DNA from: Vulcanimicrobiota bacterium
Lineage (GTDB): Bacteria; Vulcanimicrobiota; Vulcanimicrobiia; Vulcanimicrobiales; Vulcanimicrobiaceae
Assembly (NCBI GenBank): GCA_963733295.1
Contig: CAVTCS010000003.1
Location: 1,952,001-2,016,000 of the forward strand
Direction of reading: 5' to 3'
Length of the DNA: 64,000 nucleotides
Positions 10,744 to 20,710 of the stretch are shown one piece after another (within the stretch, counting starts at the first letter, position 1; every line of letters begins with the position of its first letter). The notes under the pieces are model-generated. The model was not told the DNA's origin. It ran no database searches and saw nothing but the letters and a program-made list of their open reading frames with translations. The position numbers and the translations under genes are program-made.

Positions 10744-12267
10744 TTGGCTACATCCAAGCAACCAAACATCGTCGCGATAATGGCCGACGACATCGGCTGG
10801 TTTAATCTCGGGTGCTACCATCAGGGCATGATGGCGAGCCGCACGCCGAATCTCGATAAATTGGCGGCCGAAGGAATACGCTTCACCGACTACTACGCCG
10901 AGGCGAGTTGCACCGCCGGCCGCGCCAACTTCATTACCGGCCAATTGCCGATCAGAACCGGTCTAACAACCGTCGGTCAGGCGGGGGCAAAAGTTGGAAT
11001 GCCGGATGAAGCGCCGACGATCGCGACGGTCCTCCGGTCGATGGGGTACGCCACCGGCCAATTCGGAAAAAATCACTTGGGCGATCTCAACCAGTATCTG
11101 CCTACGGTTCACGGCTTCGACGAATTTTTCGGCTATCTGTATCACCTCGATGCGATGGAGGATCCCTCGCATCCGAACTATCCACAGAACCTGAAAGACA
11201 AGATCGGTCCTCGCAATATGATCCACAGCTGGGCTAGCGACACGGACGACGCAACGGTCGATCCGCGCTGGGGAAAAGTCGGCAAACAGAAGATCAAGGA
11301 CGAGGGGACACTTTACCCCGATCGGATGGAGACCGTTGACGACGAAATCCTGGCGCATGCGCTAAAGTTCATCGATGGCGCAAAGGCCGCCGGTAAGCCG
11401 TTTTTCTGTTGGCTCAATCCGACGCGCATGCACGTCGTCACGCATCTTTCCCCTAAGTATGAGAAGCTGCGCACGTCCGAGAATGGCTGGTCAATTTCGG
11501 AAGCCGGCATGGCGCAACTCGACGACATCGTCGGCGCCGTCATGAAGAAACTCAAAGACGACGGCCTCGACGACAACACCCTCGTCGTGTTTACGACGGA
11601 CAACGGAACGGAGAATTTTACCTGGCCGGACGGTGGCCAGACGCCGTTCGCCGGCGGCAAGGGAACGGTGCTCGAGGGCGGCTTCCGTTCGCCCTGCGTC
11701 GCACGCTGGCCGGGCAAGATCCCAGCCGGCAAGGTCGAGAACGGCATCTTCTCGGGACTGGATTGGTTCCCGACCTTTGTCGCCGCGGCGGGCGACCCGA
11801 ACATCGTCGCCGAGCTTCAGAAAGGCATGAAGCTCGGCGATCGCACGTACAAGGTCCACCTCGACGGCTACGATCAAATGAACGTCATCACCGGTAAGGG
11901 TCCCTCGAATCGGCACGAGATCTTCTACTTCGCCGAGGGTACCCTTGGCGCGGTCCGCGTCAACGACTACAAGTACCGCTTCATCGATCAGCCCGGAGGC
12001 TGGCTGGGCGGCACCGTCAAGGTCGACTGGCCGATCCTCTGCAATCTCCGGCTCGATCCTTTCGAAAGAACGGGCTTGACCGGATCGCTCGCTTTCTACA
12101 ACTGGTTTGCGTACGAGTTCTGGCGATTCGTACTCGTGCAAGAGGTCGTCGCCCAGGGAGCACAGACGTTCATCGAGTTCCCGCCGATGCAGAAGGGTGC
12201 GTCCTTTAACATGGAGGCGGTCAAAGCTCAGATCGAAAAAGCGATCGCTTCCCACGCCGGAAGTTAA
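10744..12267 (+). CDS. arylsulfatase (S1 family, Cys-type)
   Basis: PNIVAIMADDIG, SCTAGRA (formylglycine Cys motif), GKNHLG, TTDNG, GKGTVLEGGFR. AGGAG lies before TTG 10744. No signal peptide is visible. Confidence 0.9.
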   Translation: MATSKQPNIVAIMADDIGWFNLGCYHQGMMASRTPNLDKLAAEGIRFTDYYAEASCTAGRANFITGQLPIRTGLTTVGQAGAKVGMPDEAPTIATVLRSMGYATGQFGKNHLGDLNQYLPTVHGFDEFFGYLYHLDAMEDPSHPNYPQNLKDKIGPRNMIHSWASDTDDATVDPRWGKVGKQKIKDEGTLYPDRMETVDDEILAHALKFIDGAKAAGKPFFCWLNPTRMHVVTHLSPKYEKLRTSENGWSISEAGMAQLDDIVGAVMKKLKDDGLDDNTLVVFTTDNGTENFTWPDGGQTPFAGGKGTVLEGGFRSPCVARWPGKIPAGKVENGIFSGLDWFPTFVAAAGDPNIVAELQKGMKLGDRTYKVHLDGYDQMNVITGKGPSNRHEIFYFAEGTLGAVRVNDYKYRFIDQPGGWLGGTVKVDWPILCNLRLDPFERTGLTGSLAFYNWFAYEFWRFVLVQEVVAQGAQTFIEFPPMQKGASFNMEAVKAQIEKAIASHAGS

Positions 12268-12286
12268 TACCGCGTAAGTACCGAAA

Positions 12287-12325
12287 AATGCGCCGTCGCG
12301 TTGAACGCCAACGCGGCGGCGCATT
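12287..12325. terminator. 17-bp stem-loop between the sulfatase and the mgtC-like gene
   Basis: AATGCGCCGTCGCGTTG-aacgc-CAACGCGGCGGCGCATT with one G-U pair. An A-run on the left side gives a U-tract on the minus strand only. Confidence 0.55.
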
Positions 12326-12364
12326 CCGGTTGGAGGGGAGGAAACCGCGACGAATTTCAACAGC

Positions 12365-12847
12365 GTGCACGATGTAGCACACTACCTCAGCGGCGTGGAG
12401 GTAGCTCTCCGGCTGTGCGTCGGTACGATCTTGGGTCTCGCGATCGGTTTCGAGCGTCAACTCCGGCATCGGGCTGCGGGGCTGCAAACGAGCTCGCTCG
12501 TGACCGTTGGTGCCACGCTGTATGCGACCATCGCGCCGTCGTTCGGCGCGCAGAGCAACGTTCAAATCATTGCAAACATTGTGACGGGTGTCGGTTTTCT
12601 CGCCGGCGGGGTCATCCTCAAGGACGGCATGAGCGTCAGCGGACTCAATACCGCCGCGACGCTTTGGTCGGGCGCGGCCATCGGGGCTCTGGCGGGAATC
12701 GGTCTCTTTAACGAAGCGGCTCTCGGAGCCGCGGTTATCATCGCGCTCAATTTCTTCATGGGACCGCTCGCCGACTTCATCGACAAGCGCGGGCAAAGGA
12801 TGCATCCCGATCCTTCGCACGAAGTGCCCGAGCACGAGACGCAGTAA
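12365..12847 (+). CDS. MgtC/SapB family membrane protein
   Basis: IGFERQLRHRAAGL, IVTGVGFLAGGVI and SGLNTAATLW. Confidence 0.85.
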   Translation: MHDVAHYLSGVEVALRLCVGTILGLAIGFERQLRHRAAGLQTSSLVTVGATLYATIAPSFGAQSNVQIIANIVTGVGFLAGGVILKDGMSVSGLNTAATLWSGAAIGALAGIGLFNEAALGAAVIIALNFFMGPLADFIDKRGQRMHPDPSHEVPEHETQ

Positions 12848-12859
12848 GGTGGTCGAACG

Positions 12860-13459
12860 TTGAGCGCACCGCCGCGACGCCGCGATTGGGGCGAAAGCGC
12901 GATACTCCTCCTGGGGGTCGTGCTCTTCACCGGTCTACAGAACCGCTACACCCTCGGGCCGCCGGAGACCAAATGGGTGCTCGGCCTGTTTGCCGTCGGC
13001 GTCTTCTTGCTCTCGCTCGTGTCGACCATAGCCGGGCAACGCAAACAGAAGCGGCGCGTCATGGCCGTAGCCGCATTCATCCTAGCCGCCGGCACCATCC
13101 TTTCCTTGATCAAAGTCGTTTATCTCGTCATCTATCAAGCGAAGACGATCGATGGCATCCGGCTCCTCGAAACGTCCCTCGTAATCTGGGTATCGAACGT
13201 CAGTGTTTTTGCGATCGTCTATCACTTGATGGGCGAAGGGGATTTTGCGTTTCCCCACTCGGATCAACAGCCGGCGAACCAGGGGCTGAACTTCCTCGAC
13301 TACGTCTTCCTTTCGTTTACGACGGCGACGGCGTTCAGCCCGACCGACACCGCGCCGCTCTCCACGCGCGCCCGAATGTGCATGATGGTCCAGTCGACGG
13401 TCTCGCTCGTGGTTATCGCGATCGCCGCTGCTCGTGCCATCAACATCCTGCCGCAATAG
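12860..13459 (+). CDS. membrane protein, DUF1345-like
   Basis: Several TM helices plus FLDYVFLSFTTATAFSPTD and AARAINIL. Confidence 0.6.
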   Translation: MSAPPRRRDWGESAILLLGVVLFTGLQNRYTLGPPETKWVLGLFAVGVFLLSLVSTIAGQRKQKRRVMAVAAFILAAGTILSLIKVVYLVIYQAKTIDGIRLLETSLVIWVSNVSVFAIVYHLMGEGDFAFPHSDQQPANQGLNFLDYVFLSFTTATAFSPTDTAPLSTRARMCMMVQSTVSLVVIAIAAARAINILPQ

Positions 13460-13476
13460 CGCCCGGCTGTCGACCC

Positions 13477-14715
13477 TTAGTCGGCGGTCCAGTCGAGCAT
13501 CGATTCCCATTCGCTCGGAGCGAAGGCCGCCTTCGACTTGATGGCCTCGACGTAGCGCCGCTTCCCGGCACGGTTGCCTTTCCCGATCATGACCGCGCCG
13601 GCGAGGCGATTCTGCCAGAAAAAGAGCGCCCGGAAGTGCTTTTTCTCGCGATCGATTTTGCGCACCATGTCGAGGTCGTCGCGATATTCGGGTGAGATGC
13701 CGAACTGCGTGATCGTTTGATCGGTGAAGATTTTCGACGAATATTCGGGCACGTCGTGGTAGCGCTCGTCGCCGCCGGCCATGTTGATCGCCGCCACCTT
13801 GCCGTGCGCTCCCGCGTTGTTCCAGGTGCCGAGACGGTAGTTCATCTCGGCGACGGGATCGTAGAACTCGGCGGCATCGCCACCCGCAAAGATGCCCTTG
13901 ACGTTCGTCTCGAGCCGGTCGTCGCAGACGATGCCGGTCTTCGTCTCGATCCCGGTTCCGTCCAGGATCTCCATGTTGATCGTCAGGCCGAGGCCGAAGC
14001 CGACGCAGTCGGCCGGGATCTCGAGCCCGCTGGCCGTTACGACCTTGGTGACGGCGCCGTTGGAACGAACCAGCTCGCGCACTTCCTCGCCGTAATGGAC
14101 GTGTACGCCATCCTGACGCGCCGCATCGTCGATCATCTCGCCCGCGATCTCGTCGAGCATCCGGCGCAGAAAGCGCGGACCGCGCAGCACCCAATGCGTC
14201 TCGACGCCACGTGAGGCGAAGGCTTCGGCCAACTCATACGCGATGAACGAGCCGCCCACCGCCACGGCCGATTTGGCGCTCTCGAGCTGCTGCGAGATTG
14301 CCTTCGTGTCGTCCATATACTGGAAGTTGAAAACGTTCTGCGCGCCGCCGGCGCCCGGCACGGTGCTGGGATTCGGCCGGCCCCCCGTCGCTACGAGGAG
14401 GGCGTCGAACGGATAGCCGGTCTCACCCACGTACGCCACTTTGCCCGCGGCGTCGATCCGGTCGACCCGGGTCCGCAGATGAAGCTCGATTGCGTGTTTC
14501 TCATGCCAGGCCGCATCGCGCATGATGACCTTCTGCTCCGTGACCTGCTTGCGCAGGAGCGGCGGCAGCGCGATCCGGTTGTAGAGTGGGTAAGCCTCAT
14601 CCGTGAAAAGTGTGATGGTGCAGGCGGGGTCCAGCTTCCTCAGTTGCTCCGCGGCCGTGGTGCCGGCGAACCCGTTGCCCACGATGACGTACTTGCGTTC
14701 GCTCACAGTCCTCAA
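13477..14715 (-). CDS. NAD(P)/FAD-dependent oxidoreductase (ferredoxin/rubredoxin reductase-like)
   Basis: YVIVGNGFAG, YNRIAL, LLVATGGRP, VGGSFIAYE, IFAGGDAAE. The start could be GTG 14706. Confidence 0.85.
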   Translation of the reverse strand: MRTVSERKYVIVGNGFAGTTAAEQLRKLDPACTITLFTDEAYPLYNRIALPPLLRKQVTEQKVIMRDAAWHEKHAIELHLRTRVDRIDAAGKVAYVGETGYPFDALLVATGGRPNPSTVPGAGGAQNVFNFQYMDDTKAISQQLESAKSAVAVGGSFIAYELAEAFASRGVETHWVLRGPRFLRRMLDEIAGEMIDDAARQDGVHVHYGEEVRELVRSNGAVTKVVTASGLEIPADCVGFGLGLTINMEILDGTGIETKTGIVCDDRLETNVKGIFAGGDAAEFYDPVAEMNYRLGTWNNAGAHGKVAAINMAGGDERYHDVPEYSSKIFTDQTITQFGISPEYRDDLDMVRKIDREKKHFRALFFWQNRLAGAVMIGKGNRAGKRRYVEAIKSKAAFAPSEWESMLDWTAD

Positions 14716-14781
14716 CGACTCCCGAAAGTCCGGTCCGGCCGGTGGGGAAGGGACCCGGGTTCATGGAAAAAACGGCTGGCG

Positions 14782-15135
14782 ATGGAAGTACGCCTCGTCC
14801 AGCTCCTAGGGTCATTCATCACGACGTCGAGCGCGTACACTTTGGCGCGTCTCGAATTCGCGATGCGCCATCCTGAAACGTCTGCGCCGCCGCTCATCCG
14901 GCGTTTATCGGATGCTTCCGAGGCCACCTTGCGGACGGAGTGGGAAGAAATCGAACGGCAGGTCGATTCGGCACGCCGGTACGTGCGGGAGCAAGACGAC
15001 TCACGCGGGAAGCGAGCCGTATACGACCCGTCCTTTGGTTGGCTGCAGCGAACGACCCGTGAGCTCGAGCAATATGCGCGGGCTGTGCGCTGGGTGCTGA
15101 CGGTCAACGACGGACGGCCGGGAGAGATCTCATGA
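14782..15135 (+). CDS. hypothetical helical protein (117 aa)
   Basis: MEVRLVQLLG... Its stop overlaps the next start (ATGA). It fills the gap between recognised genes. Confidence 0.6.
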   Translation: MEVRLVQLLGSFITTSSAYTLARLEFAMRHPETSAPPLIRRLSDASEATLRTEWEEIERQVDSARRYVREQDDSRGKRAVYDPSFGWLQRTTRELEQYARAVRWVLTVNDGRPGEIS

Positions 15136-15500
15136 GTTCCGATTTCAACGCAGCCGTCGAACAGCTGCTCGCGCAGGGTCGCGATTTCCAGAAACAGATG
15201 GCCGATGCGATGAACCGCACGGCCGAAGACATCAAGCCGCAGGTTCACGAAGCCGTTCGCCAAGCCCAAGAACTGCAGGCAACGCTGGGCAAGCACGCGG
15301 CCGAAACGGGAACGATCGCATCCGCGCAGGCGCAGACGGCGTTCGGCCACTTGAACGAGTTCGTCTCCATCGGCGCCAACGCGGCACGCGAGTCGGCCGA
15401 GCAGGCGCGGACGACGGCGGCGAAGATGGCCGACCAGGCGCGCCGCATGGTCGAAGCGGCTACGGCAGCAGCCGCCGCGGAAGCCAAGAAGCCGAAGTAA
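15132..15500 (+). CDS. Ala/Gln-rich amphipathic helical protein (phasin/LEA-like composition)
   Basis: GGAGAG RBS, ATGA coupling, and low-complexity helical sequence ending AAAAAEAKKPK. Confidence 0.65.
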   Translation: MSSDFNAAVEQLLAQGRDFQKQMADAMNRTAEDIKPQVHEAVRQAQELQATLGKHAAETGTIASAQAQTAFGHLNEFVSIGANAARESAEQARTTAAKMADQARRMVEAATAAAAAEAKKPK

Positions 15501-15521
15501 GCGCGCGCCCCGCTCGCGCGT

Positions 15522-18500
15522 TCAGCGCGAGAGCGACTCGGAGACCGGCGCTGACTCGACCGGCTCGGGCATGGGTATTTCCGGGCTGAGTTTGGCAAAG
15601 CGGTCGAGCGCACGCGGCCAATCTTCGAGGAGTGCGCGGGCACGCGGCGAGCCGGTCGCCTCGGCGTAGCGCAGCAGCAGCCCGTGAAGCTGGGCCACAT
15701 CGGGGTCTTCGGGACGGCAGGCGGCGAGGTGACAGGTCGTCGGCCCGAGCGAAAGGTCGGGCGCGGCCGGATCGAAACGCTCCTCGCCCGTCGCGATGAA
15801 GACGACGCCACCGCTCATGCCGCTCGCGAAATTCTTGCCCGCCGAACCGAGCAATGCGACGAATCCGGCGGTCATGTACTCGCAGCAATGATCGCCGGCG
15901 CCTTCAGCCACGAGTTCGGCGCCGCTATTGCGCACGCCGAAGCGCTCGCCCGCGATCCCGCGCACGAATCCTTCGCCGCCGCGCGCGCCGTAGAAACACG
16001 CGTTGCCGGCGATCGGTTCGACGCGTTCGCCAAAGCCGCGCACGACGATGCGACCACCTTCCATGCTCTTGCCGACGTAATCGTTCGCGTCGCCGTCGAG
16101 GTCCAGTGAAATGCCGTGCGTCAAAAACGCGCCAAAGCTCTGACCGGCCGAGCCGCGATAGCGCACCGCGACCTCTTCCTCCCGTTTGCCTTCGCTGCGC
16201 CGCCCCACGATCTCGTGAGCGATGCGCGCGCCGACGGCCCGGTCTGCCGGACGAATCGGAAGCGCCGGCGCACCGCGCGACGGCTTCGCGACCCACGGCC
16301 GGGGAACTAAGTCGTCGAGATGCGTCGGTTCGAGCGCCGGACGCCGCGGCGTCTCGGCGCGCTCGGGCAGGCGCAAGATCGCGCTGAGGTCGACGTCGTG
16401 CAGGCGCGGATCCTCAAGCGCGCGCCGGCGCAAAAGATCCGACCGCCCGAGCAACTCATCGAGCGAGCGTGCCCCGAGAGCGGCCATGCGGCGTCGCACG
16501 TCGCGCGCGACGAATTCGAGGAAAGCGATGGCCTCCTCGACGGTTCCCGCGAACTTGGCGCGCAGCGCCGGATCCTGGCTCGCGATGCCGACCGGGCAGG
16601 TGTTCTTATGGCATTGCCGGGCATAGATGCAACCGAGCGCGACGAGCAACGCGGTGCCGAAACCGCACGCGTCCGCACCGAGCAACGTCGCGATGATCAC
16701 GTCGCGCCCGCTCTTGAACCCACCGTCGACGCGGAGCTTGACGCGCGCGCGCAATCCGTTGGCGAGCAGCGCGTGATGCGTTTCGACCAAGCCGATTTCC
16801 CATGGCAGCCCGGCGTGCTTGATCGACGAGAGCGGCGACGCGCCCGTTCCGCCGTCGTGACCGCTGATGTGAATGACGTCGGCGTCGGCTTTGGCGACGC
16901 CGCTCGCGACGTAGCCGATTCCGGATTGTGCGACCAACTTGACGGCGATGCGCGCCTGCGGCGCGGCGCGGCGCAGATCGTAGATCAGTTCGGCCAAGTC
17001 TTCGATCGAATAGATGTCGTGGTGCGGGGGCGGTGAGATCAGCGATTGACCTTCCGAAGCGCCGCGCAGCTCCGCGATCTCGGCGGTGACCTTAAAACCG
17101 GGAATCTGACCGCCTTCGCCGGGCTTCGAGCCTTGCGCCATTTTGATTTCGACTTCGTCGGCGCTGGCGAGATAGGTCGCACCCACGCCGAAGCGGCCGG
17201 AAGCGACTTGCTTGATGCGGCTGCGCCCGTTGTCGAGTCCGCGACCGTAGCGCGAGGGGTGTTCGCCGCCTTCGCCGGAGTTGCTGCGCGCACCGATCTT
17301 GTTGGTGGCGCGCGCGATCACCGAATGCACTTCGGAGGCGAGCGCACCGTGCGACATCGCGGCGGTCACGAACCGGTCGGTAATCGATGCGACCGGTTCG
17401 ACTTCCTCAAGCGGTACGGGATCGCGCAGAGGCATCGCTTGCAAGAGATCGCGTAAGGTGACCGGCGCGCGCTGCTCCATCGCGTCGGATAGCTTTTCGA
17501 ACGCTTCGTAGTCGCCGCGCATCGCGCTGGCGCGTAGCGTCTTGATGACGTTCGGGTCGAACGCGTGGCGCACACCCTCGCGCCGGTACCGAAACAGGCC
17601 GCGGTCGGGCAGCGGTTTTTGCGAGTCGCGCGATTCGGCGAACCAAACGCGCACGTCGTCCTCGATTTCGGCGAAGCCCACCGCCGGGACGTGCGCGGCC
17701 ATGCCGGGGAAGCAGAGCTCGACGACTTCGTTGCGCAACCCGATCGACTCGAAGGTCTGCGCGCCCACGTACGAGCGCAGCGTGCAAATCCCGAGCTTCG
17801 CGAGAACTTTCAGCAAACCGGCACGCAAGCCGGTGACGTACGCCGTTCCGCTGCCGGAGCGAACGGCGGCACGCAAACTAAGCCAGGGCGTCACGACGTT
17901 CGCACCGGCGCCGAGCAAGGCGGCGACGGCGTGCGCGTCGCGCGCGTAGCCGTCGGCTACGGCGATCGAAGCCTGCATGCGCAGGCCGCGTTGCACGAGG
18001 CGTTGGTGTACGGCTCCCGCGGCGAGCAGACAGGGTACCATCGGCGCGTCGCGCCGATCGTCCAAAACCAGGAGCGAGGTGCCTTCTCGAACCGCTTTCT
18101 CCGCCTGATCGCAGAGGCCGAGCAAACGCGCCTGGAGCGAGAGCTCGCCGAGTTCGAGCGCGAGGACTTGCTGCCGGAGCCGTGCGTCGAAGCGGAGCGC
18201 GTCGAAATCGAGTTCGGAGATGATCGCGCTTTCGAGTTTGACCACCGAGTACGCGCCGGGAACGTCCCCGTTGATGTCGCCCGAGCCGGCCCAGGCGCGC
18301 ATGTCGAAGACGAGCGCCTCGCGCAGCGGATCGATCGGCGGATTCGTTACCTGTGCGAAGCGCTGGCGCAAGTAATCCGCGACCGGTGCGCGCCGTTCGA
18401 AGAACGCGGGCGTCGCATCGTCGCCCATCGAGAGGGTCGGTTCCGCCGCCGCGGCCAGCACGCCGACGACGTCCTTGAGCTCCTCGCGCGTCGCGCCGAA

Positions 18501-19790
18501 GCGGTGCAGATGCGCGTCGATGTCTTCATCGGGGCCGGCCTCGACCCGGTCGTGCAGCGGAAAGCTCCAAGTCTCGACGACCTCGCGGAAGTCGGCGCGC
18601 GCGCGGCGTTCGCTTCGGAACTGCTCCGTTTCAACGACCTCGCCCGACGCGAAGCGTACGATCAGTCTCCCGCCGGGGCCGAGCCGGCCGCGGCGCACGA
18701 TCGGATCGCCGCCGAAGTCGACGATGCCGGCTTCCGAGGCGACCAGGACTTTGTTTGCGGCGGTGCGGCACCAGCGCAGCGGACGGAGCCCGGCGCGGTC
18801 GAGTGCAGCGCCGATCGTATCGCCGTCGGCGAAGACGATGGCGGCCGGTCCGTCCCAGGGTTCGACGGTCGGCACGTGAGCGTCGTAGTACGCGCGCAGG
18901 CGCTCGTCGCTGCGCTCGATCGCCGGTGCCAGCAGGAGGTCGATCGCTTCGTCGACGCGGTAACCGGCGCCGACCATCGCGTCGACCGATGTGTTGAAGT
19001 CGTAGGAGTCGCTCGCCCCTTTGAGCGTCTTGATGCCGCGCGCCTCGAGCCACGCGCGGTTTCCCGTGATCGTGTTGATCTCGCCGTTGTGTGCGATGTG
19101 GCGGAACGGCTGAACGAGCCGCCACGACGGCGAGGTGTTCGTCGAAAAGCGCTGGTGGAAAAGCGCGAAGCGCGAGGCGAACAGCTCGTCGCGCAGGTCG
19201 TCGAAGTAAGCACCGAGTTCGTCAGACGAAAGCAGCGCCTTGTAAACGACCGAGGTGGCGGAGCACGACAGCAGCGAGGCGCTCGGGCCGAACTCGCGCA
19301 GCGCCTTCTCGATGGTGCGGGCGGCGGCACGCATGCGCTCGCGCACGTTGCCCGGCCCCATATCGACGATCAGCTGCTCGAACGACGGACGCATCGCGAG
19401 CGCCTGCACGCCCAGAATTTCGTCGTGCACGGGTGGGCTGCGCCAGCGCAGCGGGGTGACGTCGACGGCATGGACGCGCGCCTCGATGGCTGCCCGCGCG
19501 GAGGCTGCGGCGTCGGGTTCGCGCGGCATGAACAGGCAGATCGCCGCGAGATGCCGCGAAGCGGTGTGCAAGCTGACCTTCGACAGTTCGCGGGCGAGCA
19601 AGGTGCGCGGCGTCTCGCACAGGATCCCGGCGCCGTCGCCGGTGCGACCATCGGCGGCGCGCGCACCTCGATGCATCATCGAACCCGCCGCCTCGAGCGC
19701 CAGCTGAACGGTACCGTGCGAAGCCGGACCGCCGAGGTCGGCCAGAAAGCCGACACCACACGCGTCGTGTTCCTCAGGGAGAGGCCACAT
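15522..19790 (-). CDS. gltB: glutamate synthase large subunit
   Basis: EHDACGVGF (Ntn Cys), HQRFSTNT, HNGEINT, EPWDGPA, SNSGEGGE, IKQVASGRFGV, KMAQGSKPGEGGQ, SPPPHHDIYSIEDL, CIYARQCHKNTCPVG (3Fe-4S), and a C-terminal GXGXG domain. Confidence 0.96.
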   Translation of the reverse strand: MWPLPEEHDACGVGFLADLGGPASHGTVQLALEAAGSMMHRGARAADGRTGDGAGILCETPRTLLARELSKVSLHTASRHLAAICLFMPREPDAAASARAAIEARVHAVDVTPLRWRSPPVHDEILGVQALAMRPSFEQLIVDMGPGNVRERMRAAARTIEKALREFGPSASLLSCSATSVVYKALLSSDELGAYFDDLRDELFASRFALFHQRFSTNTSPSWRLVQPFRHIAHNGEINTITGNRAWLEARGIKTLKGASDSYDFNTSVDAMVGAGYRVDEAIDLLLAPAIERSDERLRAYYDAHVPTVEPWDGPAAIVFADGDTIGAALDRAGLRPLRWCRTAANKVLVASEAGIVDFGGDPIVRRGRLGPGGRLIVRFASGEVVETEQFRSERRARADFREVVETWSFPLHDRVEAGPDEDIDAHLHRFGATREELKDVVGVLAAAAEPTLSMGDDATPAFFERRAPVADYLRQRFAQVTNPPIDPLREALVFDMRAWAGSGDINGDVPGAYSVVKLESAIISELDFDALRFDARLRQQVLALELGELSLQARLLGLCDQAEKAVREGTSLLVLDDRRDAPMVPCLLAAGAVHQRLVQRGLRMQASIAVADGYARDAHAVAALLGAGANVVTPWLSLRAAVRSGSGTAYVTGLRAGLLKVLAKLGICTLRSYVGAQTFESIGLRNEVVELCFPGMAAHVPAVGFAEIEDDVRVWFAESRDSQKPLPDRGLFRYRREGVRHAFDPNVIKTLRASAMRGDYEAFEKLSDAMEQRAPVTLRDLLQAMPLRDPVPLEEVEPVASITDRFVTAAMSHGALASEVHSVIARATNKIGARSNSGEGGEHPSRYGRGLDNGRSRIKQVASGRFGVGATYLASADEVEIKMAQGSKPGEGGQIPGFKVTAEIAELRGASEGQSLISPPPHHDIYSIEDLAELIYDLRRAAPQARIAVKLVAQSGIGYVASGVAKADADVIHISGHDGGTGASPLSSIKHAGLPWEIGLVETHHALLANGLRARVKLRVDGGFKSGRDVIIATLLGADACGFGTALLVALGCIYARQCHKNTCPVGIASQDPALRAKFAGTVEEAIAFLEFVARDVRRRMAALGARSLDELLGRSDLLRRRALEDPRLHDVDLSAILRLPERAETPRRPALEPTHLDDLVPRPWVAKPSRGAPALPIRPADRAVGARIAHEIVGRRSEGKREEEVAVRYRGSAGQSFGAFLTHGISLDLDGDANDYVGKSMEGGRIVVRGFGERVEPIAGNACFYGARGGEGFVRGIAGERFGVRNSGAELVAEGAGDHCCEYMTAGFVALLGSAGKNFASGMSGGVVFIATGEERFDPAAPDLSLGPTTCHLAACRPEDPDVAQLHGLLLRYAEATGSPRARALLEDWPRALDRFAKLSPEIPMPEPVESAPVSESLSR

Positions 19791-19825
19791 TGAGCTTAAA
19801 TTCTAAGGCGAATCCGTCCGCGCGT

Positions 19826-19862
19826 CATTCGCCATTCGTTGCACGCTCTTGGACATTCGTTG
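19826..19862 (-). promoter_or_regulatory. direct repeats upstream of gltB
   Basis: CATTCGTTG at 19833-19841 and 19854-19862 (21-bp period), plus a partial CATTCG at 19826. TAGAAT (-10-like) lies 9 nt before the gltB ATG. Confidence 0.4.
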
Positions 19863-19969
19863 AACGACGCGCGCAACTCTTATCCGTTTGACGCACGCCG
19901 GGAAACGAGCGCCGCCTCAAACTTCCGGGCGCGGAGATTTCCTTTTGGCGGCGGCCCCGCCGTTTGGAG

Positions 19970-20647
19970 TCAATCGACGCCTTCTCGTTCAGCTGCAAGG
20001 TTCAACAAGCGTCGCACCTCGTCGTCGCCGACTTGTTCGAAATCGTCGTACGAAGCGCCGACGCCGTAAAAAGGCTCCGGTACCTCGCAGCAGACAACCT
20101 CGTCCGCCTCACGCTCGACCGCATCGAACGCTTCCCGCGAGGCCGTCGGGAAAGCGGCCACGAGACGGGCAGGCTTCTTGATGCGGACCGCCGCGAGGGC
20201 CACCAGCATCGTCGAGCCGGTCGCAAGACCGTCGTCGACCACGATCGCTGTTCGCCCGCCGACGTCGTATTGGACGCGCTCGTCGCGATAGAGCCGCTCG
20301 CGGCGATCCAGTTCGGCGAGTTCGCGCCGCGCGACCTCGACGAGTTCGTCGCGCGAAACGTGCAGCGCCCGGATAACTTCCTCGTTCAGAATGGAAACGC
20401 CGCCGCTCGCGACGGCGCCCATCGCGAGTTCGGCGTGCCGTGGCACACCCAGTTTCCGCACCGTGAACACGTCGAGCGGGGCACCAAGCTCGAGCGCGAT
20501 CTCGTAGCCGACCGGAACGCCGCCGCGCGGAAGCGCGAGCACTACGGCTCGCTCCACCGGCACGGCACGCTCGCGCAAACGCTGCGCGAGGCGGCGGCCG
20601 GCGTCGCGCCGGTCCCGGAACGGACTGTCCCGAGCGAGAAACTCCAT
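19970..20647 (-). CDS. phosphoribosyltransferase-domain protein
   Basis: FRDRRDAGRRLA, LALPRGGVPVG, RKLGVP and the PRPP-binding motif VVDDGLATGST. Start is uncertain (20647-20683). Confidence 0.85.
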   Translation of the reverse strand: MEFLARDSPFRDRRDAGRRLAQRLRERAVPVERAVVLALPRGGVPVGYEIALELGAPLDVFTVRKLGVPRHAELAMGAVASGGVSILNEEVIRALHVSRDELVEVARRELAELDRRERLYRDERVQYDVGGRTAIVVDDGLATGSTMLVALAAVRIKKPARLVAAFPTASREAFDAVEREADEVVCCEVPEPFYGVGASYDDFEQVGDDEVRRLLNLAAEREGVD

Positions 20648-20710
20648 GCCCTTCATCATCCGGCGAAGCATCTCTAAGCGCAAGACGCCTTGCAGGCCGC
20701 GGCCGGCGCC

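Noticed and set aside
12268..12364. M-box or other Mg2+ riboswitch upstream of the mgtC-like gene
   Set aside because: The region is under 100 nt and holds only one simple hairpin.
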